The notes beneath the pieces were generated by a model. That model was not told the origin of the DNA, did no database searches, and saw only the letters and a list, made by a program, of their open reading frames with translations. From the NCBI GenBank assembly GCA_010909165.1, contig MU008209.1, positions 494,423-546,687 on the forward strand: a stretch of 52,265 nucleotides of DNA, in the 5' to 3' direction. Numbering within the stretch: position 1 is the stretch's first letter; every line of letters begins with the position of its first letter. This document shows positions 1 to 11,683 of this stretch, in pieces. A program made the translations under genes and the position numbers. The DNA comes from Anthoceros angustus (lineage: Eukaryota > Plantae > Anthocerotophyta).

Positions 1-240
1 TGACCAGCGTGAGGATGAGGACCGCGAGGCAGGATCCGAGGGTTTCTTCAAAATCGCGCACTGAGCGCTACCGCTGTTGGGAACCAAAGCACTTTGTGAA
101 TCGCAATCCATGAATCAAATCGTAGATCTGCTGGATTTTGCCCACCGGTGTCTCCAGGCGCCAAGGCGTGATTTACGGACTCCCAGCCAGCGCAAACCGG
201 CTGGCCAAGGAAGCTTCAAGAAAACCACGATTCGCACTCC
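1..240 (+). repeat. Family A 5' LTR-like repeat A1 (visible tail only)
   Basis: Aligns by eye with 11437-11666 (AGCGTGAG..ATGAGGACCG..AAAGCACTTTGTGAA..CAATCCATG..AATCAAATC..GCGCCAAGG..CTTCAAGAAA); clearly diverged. Confidence 0.75.
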
Positions 241-886
241 ACTTGGGCAAATCTCAAAGATTTCAAGATCGATCTTCCAGTGGACGCTTCTCCAATCCGG
301 AGCGGCGATATTCAGGCGCCTCCCCACCTAGGGCGACGCCATTCGAGCTGAGGACGCCGGCGCCATGCGATCCAACGCCTTTTCCAGCCCAATCCATGTG
401 GCATATCTGCAGTCACCGGGATTTCGCGAGCTAACCCGGACAGCTGGTCCTCCATGTACCGCCCGATCACTCCTGCAGATCTTGCATCCAGCAGTCCCTA
501 GCTTAGGCGGGCTAGCCTTGTGCAAACAAACGCCTAGGGACAAAACCGTGAGTTTGCTGCTCATTTTTCAATTCCGTAGCTTAGCATTCGTGATCTCTAG
601 CTTGGGTGGGTTATGCCTTGCTGCATACCTAGAGGCGTGATCCTACTTGCCCCACTTCCCATCTCCATCAAGGATCGAGGTAGGCAAGGTGCAGCCGACT
701 TCAAAGATTTCAATCATTCAATCGCAGATCATTTGAGCCTCAGAGGCTAGTGTTAGTCAGAGCTACAGTGAACCTCCGGAAATTCAAGCCCAGAGGGTGA
801 GGATATTTTTGGCTGACCTCTAGGGTCCTAGGACCTGCCCCATATTCGGACCGCCCCATGCGCCGGATCACTGGAGAGTCCCAAAA

Positions 887-2480
887 GTGACATTAAGGGC
901 CCCACCGCCGGGATCTGGAAGGAGCTTTCACACTGTGCTTGAGCAGGAGCGGGTTGTCCTGGGAGCTTGCCTCATCTTTGGGAGTGACCACCGACCTCGT
1001 GTTTTGCTCACATGGGTGATGCACCTCAAGGACATGAGACCCCCTCGCCACTGCTTGAGAACGCTGGATATCCAAAGTAGGACCACTCCCGAGCTGCACA
1101 GCGAAGGAGGCGTTTTTTCAACACCAAGCAAAGCACAGAGGAGTTGGCAAGCGTTTACGAGTCGCACGCCACTGCCACCTTGGAGACAAGAACCACTGGT
1201 CTCCATTTGCAGATCTCAACACCGCAAAGAATCATCCGACTCTTGCCGGAGATCAGCCGGACAAACTTGTCCCAATTTGAGCTCAGACAGACAAGATCGA
1301 ATCACCGATCTTCGGAGGATTCGACACCATGGAAGGTGGAGGACCCTCATACAGGAGATTTTCCGGGAGGCCGCACTCGCCGCGAGATTTTCTACGTCCC
1401 TCAACGCTATCATCAGCCGGTCGTTCAAGCATGGCGCCGCTTATAATCACCAAGACATGTTTGAGCAAATTTTCAAGCTACTTGGACGAGGCGCCGGATT
1501 TGTATGAGGCACATCCGGATTTGTCTTCTACCATCTCCACGGTGAATCAGTCAAGGAGAGCTGCAGCTTGCCTACAATGGCAAGTTGGCCACGGCCGTGA
1601 GTGCCCACCAGGCCAAGATTGCTGCTGGACAGCGCCACTGCTCAGCCACCATCCGTGGTGAGTCTAACGGCCGAGAGGTGGCGCCACGGTTGGGGTCCCG
1701 AGTTCATCCAAACTCCCAAGTACCTTAATCCGTGGAGGAGTTCATGGCCATCCTCGAGAAGGCGTTTCCGCTCAAGACTCGAGAAAATAGCCGAGGCCCG
1801 ATCGCAAGAAGGGTGAGATCGTCAGATGACCTTCGCAGCTCGAAGCGCGAGAAGGCCGGATGTTGATGACCAAGAGGCAGGAAGTTTCTACGCTGGAGAG
1901 GAGATCCATTGTTCCACTTTCAACTTGTCACCTCTTTGGTGGACAAGTATGGGGACAGCTACACCCTGGAACAGGTCCATGAAGAAGCGGAGCGCAAGGA
2001 AATCGCGTTTTCAGCGTATGCTTCTCGACACTCCAAGGCCTTCACGCACTATCAAAGTATGTTTTCCAGCAAGGGGAACACATCTGGAGGCGTGGGATCA
2101 GGGGTTTCCAAGCCCATTCAGGCCAGGCCAGTCAAGTCAGCAGCCGCAGCCACCTCCACAGGTGCAATGGGCAGCCCGATCATTTGGCTCCGCGTGCAAG
2201 CTTCCTGTGGAAGGTTTGCATTGTTCCCATTGCAACAAGACTGGCCATTTGGTTACTCTGCTCTGAAGCATCCGAGCGCAGAGATATCGATACCCACACC
2301 TTCACCGGGACTCCCACAACAGCTACCGCGTTCAAATGCGTCAAGGGCCGATCACAGGAATGGGGCCAAGGCCAAGGAGCGGCTAACCGACAAGATTGCC
2401 GCATTGGAGGCAGAAGGCAGCACTTACAGCGGGGAGCCCAGGCTGCCAGTGGCAGCACCTCCACCTCCAAGCCCGCCGGG
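887..2480 (+). pseudogene. gag: Family A gag remnant with CCHC zinc knuckle
   Basis: ORF pieces 887-1507 and 1909-2604; CSHCNKTGHLV at ~2222-2260; position upstream of the protease. Confidence 0.65.
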
Positions 2481-3029
2481 ACAGCCATTTTGGCACCCCG
2501 CTGTGAGGAGGGAGAGGAGGATTACGGCCTGCCACATGAGGCCTGTACTGTCCATTGTCTTGTGGACTCCACGCCTGATTCAGTCCTACCCGCCACATGG
2601 GTAGGATGTGACTTGAAGAAGGCGCATTTGGATGTTGCAGCCGGGGACGCTGATCCCCTTACTCGGCAACAGAGGGCGAGGGCTACTATGCCTAGATCCT
2701 TTGCGCCACTGCCGCCTGGCGTGGCCATCCCTGTTCGGGGACAAGATCACCTGGATGGAGCGCCGAGAGAGCAGCCTCCACATTCAAGTCATGGGGCACC
2801 GAATGTGCGCCAAGATCTACCACGGCAGACCCCCGACCTTGATCATGCGCAAGGTGTTGGAGACTCCTTTGATCTCCCTCCGTGACATGGGAGTTGGGCG
2901 TGCACATGCAGGCTTGGCACAGTGTCTCCGCTGTCCCATACTGGATCCGGAGACCCCAGCGGACACTTGGCCCCATGCATGGGGCTGGACACCTCAACAG
3001 CGGCACACCACAGCTCCATGTTCAGAGCT

Positions 3030-3300
3030 GTCAGGAGAGCCCCAGCATTGGGATTCTCCAGTCCCATACTCGGGACAGCCGGGAGAGTCTCAACACCGGG
3101 ACTTCGCAGTCCCATACTCAGGACTGCCGAGGGAATCTCAGCCTTGGTCCTCAACAGTCCCACACCTGGGACTGACAAGAGAGCCCCAATGCCAAGCACC
3201 TTCAGCTCCATGCCAAGGACTGCGAGGAGAAACCCATCACCGGGACTCTGCAGTCCCATACTCGGGACAGCCGGGACTGCCGGTGGATCCCACATGGGCA
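3030..3300 (+). repeat. Imperfect 48-bp tandem repeat with a GTCCC-N6-GGGAC hairpin core, in frame in the gag-pol linker
   Basis: Cores start at 3061, 3109, 3157 and 3253 (48-bp spacing); ORF 2632-3453 reads repeated (A/S)VPYSGQP peptides. Confidence 0.85.
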
Positions 3301-3519
3301 GCCTCACCTGACGTTTCAGGCTGGGTATTGCCCACCACCATCGACCATGTTACGATGGTGGGAGTGACAGGGCAGGCCACCCACAGCCATGAGGAGGGCC
3401 AGCCACTTGAGGGCGATGCGCCCCAAATACAGGCTGAGTACTGGAGCACCTGATTCAGCCCACCAATCGCATGAATGTAGTGAGCAATGCCATGGTGGAC
3501 AATAGGAAGGCCATGTCAC

Positions 3520-3830
3520 GGTGAATGGCTATGCTCCCAAGCTTGTGCTCTTGGACACGGGGCACAGCCCGTGATCATTGGCAAGGCTCGCCAGTTGAAC
3601 TTGTGGAACGACTCCGCCATTCACCCGGAACATCGTGACAGCCGCGCTGTGGAACCGTGTGTGTGGAGAGACTGTTCAGCCACCGCCATCACGCTCAAGC
3701 CGGGATACCGCGCCATCATGACATTGGCCATTCATTGCCTTGTCACGACTGCTAACTACGATGTCCTTCTCGGACAGAGTTTTTGTTTCCACCGCATCAG
3801 CGTGGACAATTGACAGAGCAAGCTCACGCC
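3520..3830 (+). pseudogene. pol: Family A retroviral-type aspartic protease
   Basis: VLLDTG-(frameshift)-AQPVIIGK at ~3545-3585 and C-terminal NYDVLLGQSF at ~3755-3785. Confidence 0.85.
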
Positions 3831-4199
3831 CCTGACATGAGTGGAGGTGCAAAGCGACTTTCCCTTGAATCGCATGGCGGATTGACACCGAGGTCGCCAC
3901 CGCCCCAGCTACTCCTTATGGCGACCATTCAGGCTGTCCCCGAGGTGCTCCCCACCGACAGCCAGCATTTGAGTGACATGCTGGAGCTTGCCGACTTGGA
4001 TCCAGATCACGAGGCCGACCATTTGGTCACAGCAGCCTGCCTAGGAGACACTCCACCATCATTCAAAGTGTCCGACCTGGTTCAGCAAGCTCTTCCACGA
4101 GTGCAGCAAGCTCTGCAGCTTCAGCACTCCCCCTTGGGCGGACAGGCATCCTCCACCACGGTGAGCCAGCAGATCATCACGTGGACGGCGCCCACTTCT

Positions 4200-4459
4200 G
4201 GCATTACTTTGCTGGAACTGTTTGGGGGCATTTGCACAGGTCTGGAGGCCCTTTTGCTGAATGGCATCTTGGTCGATCGTTACATTTATCGTGACTGTTG
4301 TCCCAAGGCGCAATGCATTGCTTTACCAGAGCCGCGGCGCGATTCCCTTCACTACCCCCGCCATCGCTATCTCTGCACCTTTTCAGTGCCCAAGACATCC
4401 ATTGCCAGGCCACATTCACTCCCTGCCCCATCCACTGTGATTGCGGATGGGAATGCCAG
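4200..4459 (+). pseudogene. Family A C5-cytosine DNA methyltransferase, N-terminal half (motifs I-IV)
   Basis: GITLLELFGGICTGLEALLLNGILVDRYIY (SAM-binding motif I, FxGxG-like) from 4200; ends GGA TGG GAA TGC CAG = GWECQ at 4445-4459. Confidence 0.9.
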
Positions 4460-6727
4460 AACACGATAATTTTGAAGGGGGAGGACCCCTTCTACCGAGA
4501 CAAAGACCCCTTGTCACGAAGAACACCTTACCTAGAACAAAGATATGTGCCCTACTTTGATAATGCACACACCCTTTCTCGAGGTCATATCTTTGATAAA
4601 AGATGCACTTTCAAGTCTACACCGAGAACTGGAGCACAGAGGGTGTGGGCCCGCTTTAGTAGAATGCATAGAGGGCTGCCATTTTCATATGTTTATTACA
4701 ACCGAAAACTTTTACTTTCAAGTGGTGGAACACAATGAAAACAATCGCATACTAGCGGAGTCTCATTTATGGTCGTGAGAACATTGCAACAAACAATCGA
4801 AGGAGGAAGTGGTCATCAAGATCGACAATAGCCATTCAAGAGTGCGGCGACTCATCCATGCCTTGCGCAAACCGAGTCAAGTACCACCGCCATATTCGAG
4901 GCGGTCCATATCCTCCGCCTCGGTTGTCGCTCTCCATTGCTTGCTCGCCTTCAATAGTATCATTCTTGGGCTCATTCGACGGTGTCGATCGCCACACAAA
5001 GATCTAGGGTCTCACGACCTCATCCAAAAGGTCGCCACCGTGGTCTTCAACCTTCCGCACTCAATGCAACCACTTGGGCTTTAAGGCAATGCCAACGTCC
5101 TTAAAATGAACAAAGTTAGTTGCCCATGCAAGCATCCTTAAAATCAACAAAATTGAATTGAGGAGGCACGAGGTTTGAACACAAACCTATTCATTACTAC
5201 ACTTATTTCCCAAACACTAGACCAACAATCGGTTGATACCTTGAGGCGCTAAATATTTATTTTGAAGAGCCTAGAGGAGGGCCCCATGGGCAAGGTAGGC
5301 GGTTAGGGGGCGCCACCGGCCGCCCATGGGTGGTGGCAGGGGAGGGCGCTGGCGGCCGGCGCCCCCAAGGTGGTGTGTTAGGGGAGGGGCCACGGCCCAT
5401 GGGCGTGGTGTGGGAGGCGCCCCGGCCGCCCATGGGTAGGTGTGTTGGGGCGCCGCCGGCGCCCATGGGTGGTGGTGTTAGGGGAGGGCGCTGGCCGGCC
5501 ACGCCCATGAGCAGACAGCTGGGGAGGGCGCCGGCCGACGGCCTCCTTAGCACCATCCTACGGTGCATACGGGTGAAGCTAGGGGGACAAGAAGGAACGT
5601 GTATCCTATCACCGATGGAAGGTGTGGCCCATTTGTGAAGGGTTAAAAGATTTGCCATAGGTGACCTGAGTATAAGTGGTGGGAAGCCTTTGGACCGGAA
5701 GGAGATTGCTATCATTGTGGAGAATAACATTGGGCTAGTGCTACGTCATTCTTGGAAGTGGTTTTCACGCGTAAGTGGATCATGACCACTTCTGCGCTTG
5801 ATGAAGCTTTGCTAGATGAGGCATTATTGAGGGACCTCCACAGCGGATATGTATTTGGGGGCATATCAAAATGCGGGAAGGCAAGGAAATGGCACGATGA
5901 ATGGGGACATAACGGAACCGAGAGGGATGTTTCAAAGGCTGCAATACGGACATGCATACGTGCCATTCGGATTGGGAGGTCATTGACGTGAAGCTAAACG
6001 CACCACGACCTCACTTTCTTATCCACTATCGGACCGAGCACATAGATGCGTATGAAGGAGATATGTGCAGAACACATAGTCCGCCAGAGTGGTAACCCAT
6101 CCGTCCAATGCCGAGGAAAAAGGGAATAAGATCCATTACCTAAAAACATACTGTGAGGTATTTGTGAATGAAAACAACCATCCTCAGACATGGGTTTGTG
6201 TTGAACGACTAAACATCCGTGCGTGGACAAAAGCGATAAGGGATAAGCTCATGAGTTGGCTTCATACAACTGCGAGTGAAAGTGTCATCAAGATAGTGAT
6301 GACAATGGAGGAGAAGTCGGACCAAGTGATGACGATGGATTGAACTCGGGATGAGTGAAATGAAATCTCGCTTTTTCCCGGGTCCCAGTTAATGTTGTAA
6401 GTCCGCTGATGTTTCGTGTTAGGAAATACCGTCTGTGGGCTTTTGTGGTGTCATAACAAAACCACATTTCCATCCCAAAATCGAAGTTTACAATGCTCGC
6501 CCGCAGAACCTTCCTCACCGCTCCTACTTTGCATCATTCCCTAGGTTCGAGCCATACCACCATTCGACACAAACATTGGATGGAAAGTAGTAACTTTACC
6601 GGTGACACCTTTTTTCGAGTCGCTTTTCGAATGCCTTCAAAACTGCTTTAGGGCCCATCAAAACCCCTTCGTAGATTATTTATGAAACCCCTTCAGATTA
6701 TTCACCCCTTCAAAAATTATCGTGGTT
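4460..6727. mobile_element. Non-autonomous TIR DNA transposon (2268 bp, 3-bp TSD CAG); superfamily unresolved (CMC/EnSpm or PIF/Harbinger)
   Basis: Left end AACACGATAATTTTGAAGGGG (4460-4480) is an imperfect reverse complement of right end CCCCTTCAAAAATTATCGTGGTT (6705-6727); CAG flanks both sides (4457-4459, 6728-6730); subterminal (A/G)ACCCCTT repeats; removing it rejoins GWECQ-DF. Confidence 0.9.
5280..5545. repeat. GC-rich imperfect tandem repeats (GGCGCC..GGCCGCCCATGGGT) inside the TIR element
   Basis: Several copies of CCCATGGG and GGCGC(C/T)GGCCG units are visible directly. Confidence 0.7.
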
Positions 6728-7315
6728 CAGGATTTTCTCAAGCCTACAGGGGAGGATTACAAGATCCACGAACCGCCTTGTTTTGGGACCTTCACCGCAT
6801 CTTGGTGGATGTTGACACTTCACCGGCCGCTTACTTGCTGGAGAACACCCGGCCTGGACACTGGCTGCAAGTTCGCCAAGACATGGCCATCATCCAGCAG
6901 CATGTGGGCACGCCCTTGCTCATGGATGCCGCCCGTTGGCGCTTTGCTCATCGCTCGAAAACTATTGGACCAACCTGGCCCTCAACCTTTGCTAGAGTTG
7001 GTGGTCACCCGCACTACTCGGGACCCCACTCAAGCTCTCCAATGTGTTGGACCCTTGGCATCAGCCACGGGCCGTGACAGTGCCGAGTGCACCTTGGTAT
7101 CAAGACCAACACGCCGGACAGCCCGCACCTTCCCACCCTAGTGAGCTTTCCCGGCTCCTATGCCTGTGGGACAAGGCAGGTCTGCATTTCAACAGCAACA
7201 CCCACTGGGAGGAGCCCAATGTGGAGGAGGGAGCGTCCATGGGTTTCCACACCCATGCCACCGCAGCCCCCTGTTACCGAGTGTCACGGCCGCCTTGGGC
7301 CGCTATGGATCACTC
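6728..7315 (+). pseudogene. Family A C5-cytosine DNA methyltransferase, C-terminal half (motifs IV-X)
   Basis: FSQAYRGGLQDPRTALFWDL (motif IV tail); YLLEN at 6832-6846 (motif VI); LMDAARWRFAHR (motif VIII-like); EPNVEEGASMGF ~7211-7247; ALGR(A)MD ~7292-7310 (motif X-like). Confidence 0.88.
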
Positions 7316-7699
7316 ACTTGGCTCATCAGATATGTCTGGCCTTTCATGTTGGCATTCCCTGAGCTCCCACCCGCCCGAGGTCCTTTTCCCACATGCCTGC
7401 CCATTTGCCATTTGCTTCCCGGATACACCACTGGTCATATTGGCTTGATGGGGGGAGGGTGGCATGGCCATCCCACTGCATTCTCAGCATCAAGCTCGTG
7501 GACATGGGAAGTCATCTGATGGGACAGTCCGAGTATGGGATCGCCCGAGTATGGGACGAGTAGGGACTCCCAATTCAGCCAGCACCCAAGCCTCGCTTAT
7601 GTGTTGAGACTTTGGTTGGTCATGGGGCCCCAACTCACAACAGCGTAGCACGATACATGCCCTTTGCTCCAATACCGTGATCGCTTTGCCTTCTCCATG

Positions 7700-8900
7700 C
7701 GGAATTGAAGCGATGCAATGTGACCACCTTCCGCATCAATCGACCAGCAAGGAGCCTATCTGTGAGGCGCCAGGCTCAAAAACCGAGTGGGACATGGTGG
7801 ATGCACTGTCAAGAGTTGCTTGAAGCCGGGCTCATTCGCCCTCTAGCTCCGACTATGCCGCCATGTGATGCCTCCCAAGAAGGACAAAGAACGGAATGTG
7901 GACAGAGAAGAGGATGTGCGGAGACTACCGTCCTATCAACGCTGACAGCCAGGATCGGTACCCCATGCCAACGCCGGAGGAGATTTTCGACAACATTGGC
8001 AAGTCTACCTACTTCTCGATTTTGGATTTGCCAAGGCTTCAACCAGGTGCCTGTTGAAGAGGACATCAAGAAGACAGCCTTCCACGGCTCTCAACAGCTG
8101 TGGAATGGCTGGTGATGCCCTTTGGCTTCAAGAACGCTACCGGTGACATTCCAGCGCGTAATGGACATAGTACTTGCAGGTTCAGAACCTCATGTGCTAC
8201 ATTGATGATGTCCTGGTCCACAGTGAGGACTTTGAGTCTCATTTGGTGCACTTGGAAGATCTGTTCAAGAGATTGCGAAGGCGCATTGACATGTCACCCG
8301 CCAAGTGTGAATTTGGCATGGACACCGTGGCATACCTTGGTCATAGGGTTGTGCCCGGCGCGTAATGCCTCATGCTGCCAAGGTACAGGCCATCTTGCAG
8401 AGAGCCCACAAACCTCTACTGCGAGCTTTCTCGCCTATGCAACTATTACCGAGTATACATTCGGGACTTCAATGCCAAGCCTGAATGACTTGCATGGAAG
8501 GATGTTGTTTGGGCCTGACAGAGAAGACCCAGCAAGCTTTCGACACGCTGAAACCGAGCTTGACGGAAGCTCCATGGCTGACTGACTTCTCAAGCCGTTT
8601 GTGGTACATACGACTGGAGCATCTTGGCCTAGGTAGCCCAGCAAGATGAAGATGGAAAGGAGCGGGTGGTTGCGTATGCTTCACGCAGCAACAATCGTGC
8701 TGAAGCCAACTCTGAGCTACCAAGGGGAGTGTCTAGTCTGTATGGGCGCGTTTAGGCCCCACCATGGCAAGCCCTTCACGCTGGTCATCGACCATCAGCC
8801 CCTCAAATGGCTGATGACCAACACCAAGTTGAGTGGGAAGCTTGCAAGGTGGGCCATGATCTTGCAGGACTATGAATTTCAAGTGGTGACCGGAGTCACA
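7700..8900 (+). pseudogene. pol: Family A reverse transcriptase and RNase H
   Basis: ELLEAGLIRP, RMCGDYRP, DRYPMPTPEEIFDN, WLVMPFG, CYIDDVLVHSEDFESHLVHL, AYASRSNN, KPFTLVIDHQPLKWLMTNTKLSGKLARWAMILQDY. Confidence 0.93.
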
Positions 8901-9099
8901 CACCAAAACGCGACACACTCTCTGGAATCCCGGTGCTAGCTGCGAAGATGTTACGACAGGACCAAGATGATGGAGATCTGCAGCATGGTGGCTGATGTGG
9001 TGGCTTTGACAGTGGGTGACTGTCCCGAGTATGGGACAATCCCGAATATGGGACAGCCCTTAGCATTGAGCACATATGCTGGGGACAGGAGGTCCAAGG

Positions 9100-10290
9100 A
9101 CATGGGAAGACTAAACTCTCCTATTTGTCCAAACAGACAATTTGATCAGCCATTGAGCACGGAGCAAGAAAGAATTCGCCAGGCTTCCAAGTATCAATGG
9201 CGTGATGGGCATTTGCGAGGAGGCTGACCAATGGGCTGGAACGATTGGTGCCACCACTGCGATAGGGAGCAGCTCATCCGTCGAGTGCACGACATGGGCC
9301 ACTTTGGAGTCAAGCGTGCGTTTGCTCCTCCCGCATTTCCATTGGCAAGGGATGTACGCCCAAGTCAAGCAGTGGCCTGCAAGGATCTGACTGTGGTGAA
9401 GACCTCCTTCACCATCCGGAACCCTCAGCTGCACCTTTGCCTATCATGGGACCGTTCTTTAGGTGGTCTTGTGACTTGTGGGTGAACTACCCAAGACACC
9501 ACGAGGAACGTGTACATTCTCGTCATGATGGAGCACTTCTCCAAGTGGGTGGAGGTGGTGGCTCTGACAAGAGCTCCAAAAGCACCGCCGTGCCTTTCTA
9601 ATGTGCCGAGTCGCTTTGGGAGTCACGAGTGCTTGACCGTGGTCCGAATTTCGAGGGGAATTCCAAGACCTACTGGATGCAGCGCTCATCGACCATCGCA
9701 GGACCAGCCGAGACCATCCTCAGGCTGATGGCCTGGCTGAACGGATGGCACAGACCATCAAGAAGGGTCTAAGGAAGCTCTGCCTTCAAATGCCCAAGAC
9801 AGAGTGGGACTTTGCTCTTCCTTACATCGCCATGGGCTACCGTATGAGTCGGCATGCCTCCTTGGCGCATTTCAGTCCCTACTTCTTGCTGTTTGGGAGG
9901 GAACCCATGCCGCCTAGCTCAATTGCCAAGCAACTCTATGAGGTAGTGGATCCGGATGATCCAAAGAATGTGGGCACATTATTGGTCAGCGTGCCAAGCC
10001 ATGCCGATGGCCATGGCTAATTTGAGGATTGCCCAACATCGGGACACCCTTAGATATGCCCACACCGGGCAGCCTTCGCACCCAAGCTCAAGAAATTTCG
10101 TGGGGACTTTGTTTACTTGCGTAAGGGGAGACACCCTTGACACCACCACCATTATGTGCTGCGAGTTCAGGAGGTCAAGGAGAATGGTGTGCTAGTGCTA
10201 CAAGGATCGATGGACGTACCACCAAGGATCACATGAAAAATTGTGCGCCTTGCCATTTGCCCAACTCGGATCCAACCATTGTCACCAGTG
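9100..10290 (+). pseudogene. pol: Family A DDE (rve) integrase
   Basis: VHDMGHFGVKR (HHCC region), YILVMMEHFSKWVEVVAL, HPQADGLAERMAQTIKKGLRK, WDFALPYIAMGYR, FSPYFLLFGREP, NLRIAQHRDTLRYAH. Confidence 0.92.
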
Positions 10291-10299
10291 ATTGGGTAC

Positions 10300-10435
10300 C
10301 TCCTGATTACCCATGCCGACGGGGAGGACAGACGACTGAGCTGATGTGTGTGCGACCACGGCGGGATACCACCTATTTTGCTTTGACCGCCTCCGAGGTG
10401 CCGAGCACTGTGTGGTCCCACTATGTGCTGCCTCT
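10300..10435 (+). pseudogene. Family A degenerate PHD finger at the integrase C-terminus
   Basis: PPDYPC...CD..GYHLFCF..EVPSTVW read across frameshifts; same position and pattern as the clearer family B PHD. Confidence 0.65.
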
Positions 10436-10477
10436 CCGGCCCTCAAAGACCGGCACACAAGCTTCAATGGCTGGGGG

Positions 10478-10811
10478 TAGGAGCAGATGCTCTCCAAAGA
10501 TACTTTGTTCTTGCAAGGGGACCTTTGACTCATACTGGATCGCCAAACTTTGGCCCACTCAGCAGAACAATCGACCGCCGAAGGGCAGGTAACAGAGGCA
10601 AGGAAGCTACACCAGATCCCGATGGGACATGGCGCCTGGCCGGATCCCATGGGACATGACAGCGAGGGATCCCCACATGACATGGATCCCACAGCCGGAT
10701 GCCGGGACTGTCCCAGCCTTGGGACATGGCAGTCCCACAGTCCTCACGTAAGATTGGTGGAGTGCCCGAGACAAGCTCATACGGGACACCGGACTCCCAA
10801 ACTTTTCACGC
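10478..10811 (+). repeat. Family A repeat B1
   Basis: Matches 11684-12059 (ATGCTCTCCAAAGATACTTTGTTCTTGCAAGGGGACCTT ... AAGATTGGTGGAGT ... CCCAAACTTTTCACGC). Confidence 0.85.
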
Positions 10812-11100
10812 TTTCACGACCGCCGAGGTTGCCAAGACCGCCTCAGGTACATGGCAGTCCACACCGGGACAGCCGGATCGCCCCTGCCATGGGACATGGT
10901 AGCCCCAATACCGAGCCGGATTGTCCCAAATGATGGTATGGCGCCCCACACCGGGACTGCCGGACTGCCCCAGCCATGGGACATGGCAGTCCCATGCCGG
11001 ACTGCCCAAATGATGGGACATGGCGCCCCACATGGGACATGTGATTGGCCACCATGGGACATTGCAGCCCCAGCCGGATCGCCGGGATCACGGGACCGTC
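10600..11100 (+). repeat. Array of GGGACATGG(C)AGTCCC-type hairpin motifs
   Basis: Many GGGACATGG copies; perfect GGGAC-N6-GTCCC at 10721-10736 and 10978-10993. Confidence 0.8.
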
Positions 11101-11112
11101 AGCACCACCCAA

Positions 11113-11666
11113 CGTCAAGACACAAGAACTAAATGCATGCAAAGAATGTGAACTCGATGTATGTTTGCTTTTATATACTACGCCTAGTTAGGCATTTTCA
11201 TTAACCAAGACATCAAACATATCCTTTATTTTGATTGGCCCATAGTCCAAGGATTCATTTCCTTTAAATACTAGTTATAGGAAATAGATCCGTTATGAAC
11301 GGATAACTAGGTAGGCTAGAAAGCCACTTAGTTTAGGTGTGAAACCAAAACCCAAACAAGGCACCTGATCAACGTGGAGGAGCACCACCAAGCGTGAGGT
11401 TGCTGCATCATGGCGCAAACATCAGAATCGAGTCGGAGCGTGAGATGATGGCGCGGAAATGAGGACCGTGGGGCAAGGAACGAGGGTAGTCTTCAAATCG
11501 TGCCGAGCCGTTAGGGAGGAAAGCACTTTGTGAACCAATCCATGGAATCAAATCCAAGATCTAGATTCAGGTTTTCATCTGCTTCTCCTACGCGCGCCAA
11601 GGCTCGATTTACTGACTCACCAGAAACCTGGCAAGAAATCTTCAAGAAATCTCGTGATTCCCGCCA
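11113..11666 (+). repeat. Family A 3' LTR-like repeat A2 (left boundary uncertain)
   Basis: 11437-11666 is homologous to 1-240; the start at CGTCAAGA (11113) is inferred by analogy with the family B termini. Confidence 0.6.
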
Positions 11667-11683
11667 TTGCATGGATCCCTTTA

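Noticed and set aside
3030-3300. Regularly spaced palindromic repeats resembling a CRISPR array
   Set aside because: The intervening sequences resemble each other, the 48-bp period preserves the pol reading frame, and there are no cas genes in this eukaryotic TE context.
4200-4330. Host DNMT3/DRM gene
   Set aside because: Motif I resembles DNMT3, but the domain lies within pol in two TE families, without introns or host regulatory domains.
4462-6724. Firm CACTA/EnSpm call from the inner CACGA...TCGTG ends
   Set aside because: With those ends the flanks (GAA and GTT) give no TSD; the TSD appears only with AAC/GTT ends, and no transposase motif is recognisable.
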